From NCBI GenBank assembly GCA_051362555.1, contig CM120647.1, forward strand, positions 18,452,651-18,516,650: 64,000 nt of DNA. The letters are read 5' to 3'. This stretch comes from Lingula anatina. Its lineage: Eukaryota; Animalia; Brachiopoda. A program made the position numbers and the translations under genes. This document shows, piece by piece, positions 52,344-64,000 of this stretch (positions within the stretch are counted from its first letter, which is position 1; each line of letters begins with the position of its first letter). The notes below the pieces were generated by a model that was not told where the DNA came from, did no database searches, and saw only the letters and a list, made by a program, of their open reading frames with translations.

Positions 52344-53819
52344 ATGTGGCTGCGGTAGTTAATATTTCAAGTCACCTTGCTTGTTCAATCCACTCATGAA
52401 TGAATCGCCACGGTCCCTCCTAAGGGGTAGGACACGGGGAGGAGGGGGGGCACCCTGCCCTCTACCAGGTCCACAGATTTATGTTTCACAGACACCTGTA
52501 TGGTTTAATTGGCGGCTATTCTCAGTACTGTCGCCTCAAAGAAAACACCCATGCGGCCCTGGTGCAGGGTGGGAATACCCCGCACTCCTCGCAGCTCAAA
52601 TTGTAGGCTATCTAGAATGAGACTGAAATATAGTGACCTCCGTTTCAAAACGTAATTGAGTTACAGTACGAGAGTTAACAACAATTCCAACTCTACTTAA
52701 CTTTGGTATTGTATTCTAAATGTCAAATCAAAGGTTTGTGTTGTTACGTATACGTACTCAATACCTTGAATTAAAGTATTACTTGCTGTGGTTTTTCTTT
52801 AATCGGGTAATGTACTTAAAACGCATGTCCTGTTAATTCTGGTTCATAACGCGATCTTCCTTTTTCACAAAGTATTTTTCTCCAGCCCATTAGTATCATA
52901 TGTTAAAACTTTCATAGAAATTTAATCAACGTTCTCCATTTCATTACTAGACCCATGCATGCAATAACTACATGCAGTAGAGTGGTGTTTTCAACCATTT
53001 CTAATTAAATAATTTAGCTCTAAATGAATGGCCGATGTAACGTGGCAGAGGGCTCCCCATGATAGAAAGGCCGCTTCCTATTCATTTGTACAGGTAAACA
53101 TCGCCCTAGATTTTAACCCACTTACCGTAGATCTGGCTAACCCTAACCATTATAACAATATGGAGGCCGGACTTTCTGTTACATGGGCCCCCAGTGTCGT
53201 TACACCGTTTTTTTTTTTTTAGCAATGGCAGGCCTTGGTTACGATACCGACCCTCGCCCTCCTTGCCGTGGGGTTCGACCTCTGCCCAAGGACAGGAAAA
53301 TTATTGTTTTTAGAGGGCAAACGGTGCTATTTGGTATGGTTTAGAACCATGATTCAGCTTGTCAAATGTCTTATTTCAAAAGGGGAATATTAGTGTGTTT
53401 TTTTCAGGAACCGAAGGAGGGGGGAGGGTCAGGACCCCCCTGACGCCCTCTCTAGATCCGCCACTGCTCTCACCCCCCCCCCTCTCCCTCTTAAACAAAC
53501 TAATGGATGCATCGCTTATAAATTAATACTGCTTACTTTTAATTTAGATACCATGAGTATATGAAGCAGAGTATAATAACAAACATATTATACTGTGGAT
53601 CAGCCCCTGATTACTGTATAAGCACAAATACTGTACCTGTACAGTGAAAGAAAAACTAATGGATGACTTAGAAACGGCTGCGAAAATGACACGTATTTGA
53701 ACGGGAGCAGGTAATTTAGATTCCCCGCCCAGGTGGTACAAGAGGCGGGAAATTGGTGACCACTTATCAACCGGTTACGGTACATCTTATCGTTTGGACA
53801 GCAAAGCGTATTCGCGAGC

Positions 53820-55905
53820 ATGGAAAAGACAGCTTGTCATCTTCACAATGGCGCAGCGGGACTCTTTCTGTCAGTGCTGTCGGCTATCACACTGTCAGTG
53901 TCGGCACTTCTCGTCGGCAGTTTTCAAGAAATCTCTGTCCTCGTGTTTTTGGCCTTCCAGCACGTCGTCATTTTCGTTTTCGCTGTCCCCGCCTGGCTTT
54001 GCATTGCTAGTCAACAAGATTTTGAGCGCGAATATCCAGAGCAATGGAATGGGAGCGATAGTACGGGAAAGGATGCCGTGGTCGACAGTAATGCTTCAAA
54101 GTTGTTTTACTTCGAAGAAAATCATCAGGAGACTAGGAATTCCCTGAGAAGTGGCTCCGAAGGGAGTAACTCCGATATTTTGACTTTCATGTGTGAGGGA
54201 GAAAAAGCCGATATGAAGAATTCTCAGGAAGTGAAATCCAAGAAAAAACGGCAGAATGATAAGCAGAATCATTATGGAGCTATAATGAAAGGAGAAAGAA
54301 GATTACAAAGAGAAATATCTCAAGTGGGTGTTACGAATGACATAGCCGAGAGAAAATATGAAACGACCATTGCGCATTTTGAGAATGAAGAGTCTATGAA
54401 AGAGGTTACAAAAAAGCTGAATGGATCTAAGGTGGAAAACAATGATAGAAAAAAATTGCACTCAGACACTGAATCTCAAAAACAGAATTCCTTGAATGAT
54501 AAGGAAATTATTCCCAAGACAGGCTTAAAATCAATAAAAGACTGCGTCTTCGTTGTTATTCGAGGCAGCATGGCGTATTTTACGGCGTGGTGTGAGTTCC
54601 AAGCTTTTAAATACCTTCCCATAGGGGATGTCTCTGTTATCGATAATACCAACCCTATATATTCGGTCATTCTGGCCCGTGTTCTACTGAAGGAACCGTG
54701 TGGCGTTGTGGAGGTTTCCTCTATATTGGTCATGTTAACAGGTAGGTATGAGAGAGAGAGAGAGAGAGAGAGAGAGCAAATTCAATTATTTTGACACAAT
54801 AATTCTCCTTGACCAATTTTTGCCCAAAAGATGTCAAAGTTTCGAACAAGGTCATTCCACATAAAAATGTAACCCACACATTTTGTGTGACATCAACATT
54901 ATTTTTACTTGTCCCATTTGTATACGATTGCTTTTGTTGTTTCATATTTCAATGCCCTCCTTAAAAACGAGCTCGAGATAAAAATCAGTTATGCAATTAT
55001 GATCATACTTGTTGCTAAGTCTGCATTTCTTTTTAAGACAATTCGATTAAAAGATCGGCTCTAATTTTGAAAAATGTTTCCAATATATGGGACAGTTACG
55101 AATTTGTCAAAATTTCATTATTATTATTTTCTTCTTAAGTATATATTTTTCACATTAAAATTTTGAATTGATATTTTAACATTTCTTTTCTTCTGTAGGT
55201 ATAGTCCTAATATCTAGACCCATCTTTCTTTGGGGAGACTCCGCCGCACTTAACCCGATAGGTGTCACTCTGGCAATAGCGTCCGCCGTGACGACATCAA
55301 TTAACATGCTTTTCGGTAGAAAACTGAACCATGTGCATAGTCTAATTGTCATAGCATCAATAGGTCTCTTTAGTGGCATTATTTCATGGATAGTTGTATT
55401 ATCCACAGGGGGCGTTTCATTTCCAGTCACGTGGTTGGAGTGGTGTGCAGTCGTGTTGAATGGCGTCATGGCATTTACCGCGCGGATTAGCTCCCAGATG
55501 GCGCTGCAGATTGAGAACGTCGCCATCGTGAGTATAGTGCGTACTTCTGAACCAATCTTCGTGTTCACATGGCAAGTGACCATTCTTCATGTCATCCCAA
55601 AATGGACGTCAGTTGTGGGATCTCTTCTGATTTTGGCGTGTGTCATCGCTCTTAGTATAAGTAAATGTTCGGGTAATTTTGACGGCAACCAGGATGCTCT
55701 GTCGGGCAACGGAGTTTCTACGCCCTCTGAGAAACACAAAGTTGTATTGGAAAGTAAAAGGATTAAGCTTAACTTTCAGCCATTAAACTATTTCAAAGAT
55801 TTCATTTTGTCTTATCCGCAACCAAATGTGAACACAGCACAAAAAAGAATCAGAGAAGATAATTCGACACTGGTTAACACAAAAAGCTACTATGATAAAG
55901 AGTGA
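53820..55905 (+). CDS. SLC35G-like (EamA/DMT superfamily) transporter, copy 1 (~542 aa)
   Basis: Exons 53820-54741 and 55199-55905 (1629 nt). GLFLSVLSA, VIRG, AFKYLPIGD, PIYSVILARVLLKE, GIVLISRPIFL, ALQIENVAIVSIVRTSE and SVVGSLLIL match the SLC35G1 pattern. Confidence 0.85.
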
Positions 55906-57167
55906 CATTAAATGTTTAAAAAAATAAAATCTGATATTCAGAAGTCTGTTATACATCTTCTCAGAAGGTGGAATATGTTGTATCGTCACATGTACTATGC
56001 CCAGTAGCGGGTCAAGAGGTTGGGGGGGGGGGGGGCAGCTTCGAAGGTATCGCCCCCCCCCCCCCCAAAAAAAAAGAAAAATTGCTATAGATCTTTTCAT
56101 AAGTTTTGAAAAGAGTATGCCTAGGTGAATGTGGGAAAATCGTTGATATTTAAATAATTTGTATTGAATTTTATTTCATTTTGTACGCCCTTATCAAAAA
56201 ATGGCACATGCCAGAAGCCATTTTTGCTTGTAGATATGATCCGCTACAGACGTCATAGTCCGAGTTGGTACCAGCGCAACTGACGTATTACAGCAGATGG
56301 GTGTAATCATGTTTGTTTAACACATAGTCCAAAACTGCGTTCACAAAAATGCAATTTTGACTGAATATAACAAAAAGGTACTATCAAACGACCAGACTGA
56401 GTGAGAACCTTATAGAACAAAAGCATGCACATTTTACACTCTAATTATACTAGCCTTCAGATGGGTAATTGCTTTATCACATTCGTTGAATTAATCTACA
56501 TTTTAAAACCTTGCATAAAAAGTTGTTAAACTTGTCAATGCAGCCATCATAATAGATCAACTCTGTCAATATAATGCACCAGCAACATATGGGTTCTGGA
56601 TATTAGATTTTCTTTCAGACATAAGTCAATATATAAAATTGCGCATGAATTGCCTGCCAATATTATCATAAATACTGGCGGCCTCCCCCCCCCCCCCCCC
56701 CCTCCCAAGATCTGCGGTTCTCTCCATTACAGGTTGCAATTAAATTGTAAAAGTGCTATGTGCTGTGTAATGTGCTGATGATACTGTTATCTTAGACATA
56801 ATTGAAAATAACGATAAGTCAACATATACAGGTAGAAATACTGTTCAGTGTGTTGACAAACGGTGTTATAAACATTATTTGCAATAAAATGTAGGGAAAA
56901 TTGAGAAAATAATTTCTGAGTTTTGAAGAAATTCGCCCGTAACTATTATCGGTGATAATGTTACACTAAATGAGTGCACAGTTAATGAGTATAAAAACTC
57001 CACATGTGCATGCATTTTAAAATATACCTTGAAGTGGGAAAAGTATGATTCAAAGCAAGCAGAGAAAGCAGATGCATTATATGTTCCGAGCCAAGTTTAT
57101 TTTTCTTTTGTTATAGAGAAAATTATAGTGTTTTAATGCCTCATAAGATAAAGGTTGAATCTTGATA

Positions 57168-57728
57168 CAGATAATGTGCCTCCTGGCTTTGTTCCTGATG
57201 ACCAGGGCTGCCGCGCCCTTATGCCCAATTTCACGGTATTCAAGTCCATCGTTCCTTTATATTTTGAACCATGTGGCTGGCTTCCAACATCAGGAGGTGG
57301 CTGTATGGAAATCAATTATAATGGTCAGTTAAGAGCTGCACTGAAAGCTGTGCAGGCAGATATTCGTTCCTGTAGTCAGAAACACGGCGCTGATGACACC
57401 CCCATCACCTTTGTCGTTGAAACATTAGTCAGTCTTAGCGGGAGACAAGCCCACTACGAGGAAGGTCGTAACATGATTAATCATTTGCAAGCACGGATGG
57501 AAAATGCTCTGCAAAAAGTGCAATTTGAGATATCTGGAGGGCCTATCGGTATACGTTTAGGATCGTTTTCTGCCTGCAAAAAGAACGCCACGCACCACGG
57601 CTCCGTGACGCCATTTTCTGGCAAGACACCGAACACAACCCCGAGGCAGAACCGAGGAAACATCGATATCGGTAACGTTAGACTTTTGATGTTGATGGCG
57701 ATGGTGGCAGCGGTGAGGGATTACTATT
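57168..57728 (+). pseudogene. Relic of the last exon of the mucin-like gene
   Basis: Homologous to 46298-46860. It has a 1-bp deletion after ATG TGC (ATAATGTGCCTCCTGGC vs ATAATGTGCCCCCCTGGT). The upstream exons are deleted, and the stop and 3'UTR were lost in a second deletion. Confidence 0.8.
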
Positions 57729-60700
57729 TAAAAGAAATTAAAAAGTGCAAGTATAATTTTGTTAGGAATCAATAACCTTTACAGGAATGGAATTTATTTA
57801 TGTAACAAGGATCGGTTTAATTGATTGATTTAACGATCTAAAAGTAAATTACCTTTCATGACGTCAATTACAGCCGCAAATTTGCATTCATGGTCATTAA
57901 GTTAAAATAAAATGTATACATCTTTATGAGGTTTGGCAAATATAAAAGTGGTCTTGGCAGGCCCGATACCAATCACCCATATTGCGTTTGTCATTTTATT
58001 TCGTTGACTGATTTTGTAGTACAATTGTCGGAGGAATTAAATTATAAACTTTAAATATTTACCCTATACTTAGATAAGGCGTGACACAGTGGCAAAGATA
58101 TCACTTAAAATGCATTAAAAGTCAAATTTGCCGCCTAACCCGACCTTACGCCAACATATATAGCTTCAAACTGTATAACTTAGAGAAATAGTACAAAAGA
58201 AAATAGTTTCGTATTTCACGGAAATTGATATATACACGGGTTTTTTTCTGGTTGTTTCTATCTATGCTTCAGCAGCCTCATTTGAAGAAGTATGCGCGGG
58301 CAGCAATACCTACGTACATGTACATCCCCACAAGGGAATAAGAGTGATGATTATGGAATACACTCGTGGTACTATGTCATTTAGCGGACGTTTATGAACT
58401 AAAGGGTCAAAAAATAGGACAATATTCGACCAAAAATTTGAAGAAGCTACATGCATTTTTTTTTTTTGGCTGAACGAAAGGTTAATTTGGTCCATGGCTT
58501 GGCATGTCGACTTAATTTTGGTTGTATAAGTAACAAGTGGCAGTGATTCATATCTGTTAATTGAAATCCACGCTGTCTTTAAATGTTGGGATATGTGATT
58601 AAATGTTAGATTAAGAATTGCACAGACAGAAACCTGGCTTCACATGGCTTCGCGCAGATTTAAACTTTTAGTTTATTCTCTGCTTTGCACTCTCTGTAGA
58701 GCAATTTAGTCTCTCAGATTTTTATGCACTTAAATTTCTACCCATGTCATTATCATTTTATCATACCTTTATATGATACTCTTAACCTGCCTTTTACATG
58801 TGGATATTGGTCATTTTATGGGCAGATCACGAATATTTTAAACCAACTACTTCGCATGAACATGACAGTAAATTATCTCATCTTGTAATTTCCAAGTATT
58901 AACAGGCTAAACCCACATCTGGTGCATCATTTTTATGATCTAATTAAAAAGTCTTTTTAAACACATGTAGGCCTACTAAAAAAGATAACCCCCCACCCCC
59001 CGGCCACCCTCGTTGCACTTAACGTGATTTTCACTGTAAAACATTACCGTAATTACCCCAGTAATTAACCGTGAATATTAACGGTAGTGTACCGTTCGCG
59101 TATTTTGCGGTTAGATACCGTGAAAAGTCTCGCTTAGTAGTAATTTCCCTTGATGAATTACGGGAACGTTCCCGTGGCGGCTTCTTTGACTAGACAACCG
59201 CAGGGGTGATCTAAGGGAGGCTGAAAAATGGTCATCGTCTAATCATTTTCAGGGTATGTACGCACAGACAGAAAACCGTGGTTTGTGGGAACGTTACTAA
59301 GGAAGCCACAGGGAGTACTAGTGCTAGTAGATGCCAGTGCGTAGTCTTGAACAAGAACTTCGATGACGAATTAACGGCTCATTACACACACTGGTTATAA
59401 TAACAGCCTAGTGTGTTCCACTGGTAGAAAGGGGACTTCTATGTACCATTTAGACATATTTTGTGAAAAACTATTGTTTATGGACATAAATTTCTGGCTA
59501 TTGTGGCAGTTAAAGAATGGATGAAGCACCTATTTTATAACAGCTAGAAGCCAAGGCCTGACATTACCCTCTGTCCGGCCACGGAATGATTTTGCGCTAG
59601 ATATTTACATGTAATCATAATTGTCCTTCTGATTTTACATTTATTTCTGGACTGCAATTTTTTTTTTTTTTTTAGAAATGACATCGGCATTCCTCTAACC
59701 TAAAGTAGAGAGTTCAGGTACGTACACAAAAAGTTCATCTCATATAGTACTCTCATCAATCTGCCTGTTGCCATATACATAATTTATTACTTGACTTCAT
59801 CTGAGACACAATTTGAATAATTATATTATAATAAATGTACATATTTTACAGGCCCATTTTACATTTAAGGCAAATACATGTAGGCATAAACGTGTGCCAG
59901 TACTGTTCTGTAAAATATTGGTACACGTGTGTGTGCCTTTAATGTGAAATGGTAAAAGGAACAGTCACGCAAGCGCCGTGCATGTGATGAACGTCTTGGC
60001 GATAAAAAGGGCAGACGACAGATGTAACTGACTAAAAGCGTTGCCCCTCTCGGCGAGGAGTTCATTTTTGCCTTTTGCTTTATTCTTTGTTGCATATCTG
60101 CGTGGCTTGAAAGTGTGCGGATTTCTCCTGGAATACGACAGCCATTTCCCCCGTGTTCGATGTGAGTAAAATGGCTGAAGCCGATATTGTGCACGAGATG
60201 GTAGGTATTCACTGTAAATGGCAGAGATCCCTATATGTGCTAGCAATTAAGTTTCAGCAGCAGACTGAAAAAATTGAAAGTGGCTGTGGTAGTTGATATT
60301 TCAAGTCACCTTGCTTGTTCAATCGGCTCATGAATGAATGGGCACGGTCCCTCCTAAGCGACAGGACACGAGGGGGGGGGGCACCCTACCCTCTACCTGT
60401 ATGACTCTGGTTAAAAATACGGCTATTCTCTGTACTGTCGCCTCATAGAAAACACCCATGCGGCCCTGGTAGAGGATGGGAATACCCCGCACTCCTCGCA
60501 GCTCAAATTGTAGGCTTTCTAGAACCGATGAGACTGAAACGTAGTGACCTCCGTTTCAAAACGTAATTAAGATACAGTACGAGAGTAAACTACAATTCCA
60601 ACTCTAACTTACTTTTGTATTGCTTTGTAAATGATTTGAGTTGTTACGTATACGTACCCAGTACATTAAAATAGTGTTACTTGATGTCATATTTCTTTAA

Positions 60701-60744
60701 TAGGGTTATGTACTTAAAACGCGTGCCCTGTTAATTCTTGTTTA

Positions 60745-61392
60745 GGCCCCCGTTACACTTATTCTGAATCAGCAGGAATCAAGCAGAACCAACCGGAATG
60801 ACTAAATTTATAAATTCATACTGCATTCGGGAAGAAATTTCAAATTGACCTAAATTCTTGTAAGAATGCCGTTGGAATACTCAGAATGCACTTGAATCCG
60901 CCTTGAATCTCGAATGTAGTTGGAAAACTAGGAATATCAATAATGCTGTAAGAATGCAGTCAGAATATTTAGAATACATGTACACTTCGAATGCCGTACG
61001 AGTGTAGTTCGATTGCTGGCTGAAATAGGATTGAGATGCATTCGAGTTGCATTCCGGCTCATCCTAGCAGGATTTGAATGTCTTGCCATTTCGGTTCTCC
61101 CTCGAATGTGATCAGAATGTTTCGAATGCTGTCGGAATGCCGTGAGAATGTTTAGAATGCAGTCATAGTGCGGTTAGAAAACTTTTCAAATGCCTTTCGA
61201 TAATTTTCCACTTGGAATTTACTTCGAAACTTTTTAACATGAGCAAAACATTTGGGCCGGCTACAAGAATGGGTAAAAATATTTCGAATGCACTCGGAAT
61301 TTTTAGAATGCTCTTCGAATATCCAGGAACGCACAAAGAATTGTCTTTCCGACGGCATTCTTGCTCATTCCGCCTCCAGTGTGATGGGGGTA
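60745..61392. mobile_element. Harbinger-like MITE with internal GAATG-rich repeats
   Basis: TTA-GGCCCCCGTTACACT...AGTGTGATGGGGGTA-TTA. Absent from the first copy at ~52843. Confidence 0.8.
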
Positions 61393-61505
61393 TTATAACA
61401 CGATCTTCCTTTTATTTTCACACAGTATTTTTCTCCAGCTCATTAGTAAATGTTACAGCTTTCATAGAATTTAATCAATTTTCTCCTTATCATTGCTAGA
61501 CCCAT

Positions 61506-61915
61506 TGTAGGAGTCCATGTTCCTCCCTATTCTTCATTCCATGTTCTTCTAACATTTTACTTGTCACTGATACATGGGAGAGGGAAAATAACAAGGAACT
61601 CACATGTTCAGTTCCAACTCTAAAAGTCTCTTTATTAAGTTCAAGCATTCAACATTTATACACATTATCTACAGGTAATCTATTTCCATGCCACAGTGGC
61701 AGCAACTGATTTAAATACTAATTGCAATGCAATAGATAACAAGTGATGGTTTCTACTTATCAGATGTGCATACATGTATGCCCCAGGCATACTTAAACAT
61801 AGAATGATAAATATTCATGCAAGACTGAACTAAAGTGAATGATAATAATGACTGATTATATAAACATAATATGTAAATGAGTGAGTTTATCGCTTGCCTT
61901 CAGTGGACCTTAACA
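61506..61915 (-). mobile_element. Solo LTR (410 bp), Gypsy-like
   Basis: TG...CA termini (TGTAGG...TTAACA), 4-bp TSD CCAT/CCAT, and AATAAA on the minus strand at ~61630. The empty site has a single CCAT at 52953-52956. Confidence 0.8.
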
Positions 61916-62429
61916 CCATGGCTACAATAGCTACAGGCAGTAAAGTGATGTTTTTAACCATTTCGAATTAAATAATTTAGTTCTAAATGAATGGACAGTT
62001 GTTATGCTGTACTACTTTAAGGTAGTCAAAAACCAAATATAAAGAGCTCTCTCTGTCTCTCGCTATCTCTCTCTCAAAAAAAAAAAAAAAAAAAAAAAAT
62101 TGATGGATGCATCGCTAATGAATAAATATTGCTTTCTTTTTATTTAGATACGGGTACCATGAGTATGAAGCAGAGTATAACAACAAGTATATTATGTTGT
62201 GGATCAGCTCCCTATAACTGTATAAGCACATACACTGTACCAGTACTAGAATGACTAATGAATGACGTAGAAACAGCTGCGAAAATGACACACAGATTTG
62301 AACGGGAGCAGGCAATTTAGATTCCCGCTCACGTGACCCACGTGGTACAAGAGGCGGGAAATAGGTGACCACTTATCAACCGGTTACAGGTACATCTTAT
62401 CGTTTGGACAGCAAAGCGTATTCGGGAGC

Positions 62430-64000
62430 ATGGAAAAGACTGCTTGTCATCTTCACAATGGCGCAGCAGGACTCTTTCTGTCAGTGCTGTCGGCTATTAC
62501 ACTGTCAGTGTCGGCACTTCTCGTCGGCAGTTTTCAAGAAATCTCTGTCCTCGTGTTTTTGGCCTTCCAGCACGTCGTCATTTTCGTTTTCGCTGTCCCC
62601 GCCTGGCTTTGAATTGCTAGGCAACAAGATTTTGAGCGCGAATATCCCGAGCGAACAGACCAATTGAATGTAAACAACGGCACGAGGAATGATACAGTGG
62701 TCAACAGTAATGCTTCAAAGTTGTTCTACTTCGAAGAAAATCATCAGGAGACTAGGAATTCCCAGAGTAATGACTCCGAGGGGAGTAACTCCGATATTTT
62801 GACTTTCATGTGTGAGGGAGAAAAAGCCGATATGAAGAATTCTCAGGAAGTGAAATCCAAGAAAAAACAGCAGGATGATAAGCAGAATCATCATGGAGAT
62901 ATAATAAAAGGAGAAAGAAGATTACAGAGAGAAATATCTCAAGTTGGTGTTACGAATGGCATATCCGAGAGAAAATATGAAACGACCATAGCCCATTTTG
63001 AGAATGAAAAGTCTATGAAAGAGGTTACAAAAAAGCTGAATGAATCTAAGGTGGAAAACAATGATAGAAAAAAATTGAACTCAGACACTGAATCTCAGAA
63101 ACAGAATTCCTTGAATGATAAGGAAATTATTCCCAAGACGGGCTTGAAATCAATAAAAGACTGCGTCTTCGTTGTTATTCGGGGCAGCATGGCGTATTTA
63201 ACGGCGTGGTGTGCGTTCAATGCTTTTAGATACCTTCCAATAGGAGATGCCTCTGTTCTGGAGTACACCAACCCTATATATTCGGTCATTCTGGCCCGTG
63301 TTATACTGAAGGAACCGTGTGGCGTTGTGGAGGTTTTCCTTACATTGGTCATGTTAACAGGTGAGTCTGAGAGAGAGAGAGAGATCGAATTCAATTTTTT
63401 TTTACCCAATAATTCTCCTTAACCAAATTGGCCCTATAAGTGTCAAAGTTTCGAACTGGGTCATTCCTCATAAACATGTAACCCACACATTTTGTGTAAC
63501 ATCAACATGATTTTTACTTGCTCCATTTGTATATGGTTACTTTTGTTGTTTTATATTTCAATGCTCTCCTTAAAAACGTGATAAAAACAGTTATGCAGTT
63601 ATGTTTCATACTTGTTGCTAAGTCCATATTTCGTTTAAAGTCAATTCGATTAAAAGAGCGTCTCTAATTTTGAAAAAATGTTTCCAATAAATGGGACAGT
63701 GACGAATTTTGTCAAAATTTTATTATTATTATTATCTTTTTCTTCAGTATATATTTTTCACATTAAAAATTTTGAATTGATATTTTATATTTTTTTCTCC
63801 TGTAGGTATAGTCCTAATATCCAGACCCAGCTTTCTTTGGGGAGACTCAGCCGCACTTAACCCGATAGGTGTCACTCTGGCCATAGCGACAGCCGTGACG
63901 TCATCAATTAACATGCTTTTTGGTAGAAAACTGAAGCATGTGCATAGTCTAATTGTCATAGCATCAATAGGTCTCTTTAGTGGCATTATTTCATGGATAG
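62430..64000 (+). pseudogene. SLC35G-like transporter copy 2 with one in-frame TGA (probable pseudogene or null allele; runs off the right edge)
   Basis: Exon 1 is 62430-63360 and exon 2 starts at 63806. TGG CTT TGA ATT at 62610-62612 aligns with TGG CTT TGC ATT in copy 1. The frame is otherwise open and the splice sites are intact. Confidence 0.7.

Larger units (their letters stand above)
56450..64000 (+). repeat. Second copy of a tandem segmental duplication (first copy starts ~38080)
   Basis: Approximate correspondences: 56450-57150 to 38080-38825; 57168-57728 to 46298-46860; 57740-58590 to 48425-50040; 59390-64000 to 51385-55390. Confidence 0.9.

Noticed and set aside
52500-52660. GC-richer segment (also 60415-60560) as an ncRNA or SINE
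   Set aside because: No recognisable tRNA A/B boxes or RNA family motif, and the second copy is explained by the segmental duplication.
57155-57775. 206-aa ORF as an independent gene
   Set aside because: It starts at a non-ATG codon across a deletion junction, is frameshifted relative to the parent exon, and its end runs into unrelated sequence; treated as a pseudo-exon.

Overview
AT-rich, intron-containing animal DNA, probably from a marine invertebrate; the species cannot be determined from the sequence. From left to right: (1) two divergently transcribed SLC18B1-like MFS vesicular transporters, both with unusually long, motif-rich N-terminal tails. The left gene runs off the window and carries a Helentron/HINE-like element with a 146-bp tandem array in an intron. 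(2) A complete 13-exon ADHFE1 (hydroxyacid-oxoacid transhydrogenase). (3) Two tandem secreted type-B carboxylesterases with non-canonical oxyanion-hole and nucleophile motifs. (4) A ~2012-aa secreted, probably GPI-anchored mucin-like protein with ~90 15-aa repeats, followed by a somatomedin-B and Cys-rich module of the kind seen in invertebrate GPCR ectodomains, but with no 7TM region. (5) An SLC35G-like (EamA/DMT) transporter with a large hydrophilic insert. The block starting at ~38.1 kb is tandemly duplicated from ~56.45 kb. The second copy has deletions, a relic mucin exon, and an SLC35G copy whose only visible lesion is a TGA at a Cys codon. The two copies give filled/empty site pairs that define several MITEs and a solo LTR with their target-site duplications. 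Exon models were built by eye from GT-AG boundaries and frame continuity, and family assignments come from recognised motifs, not database searches.
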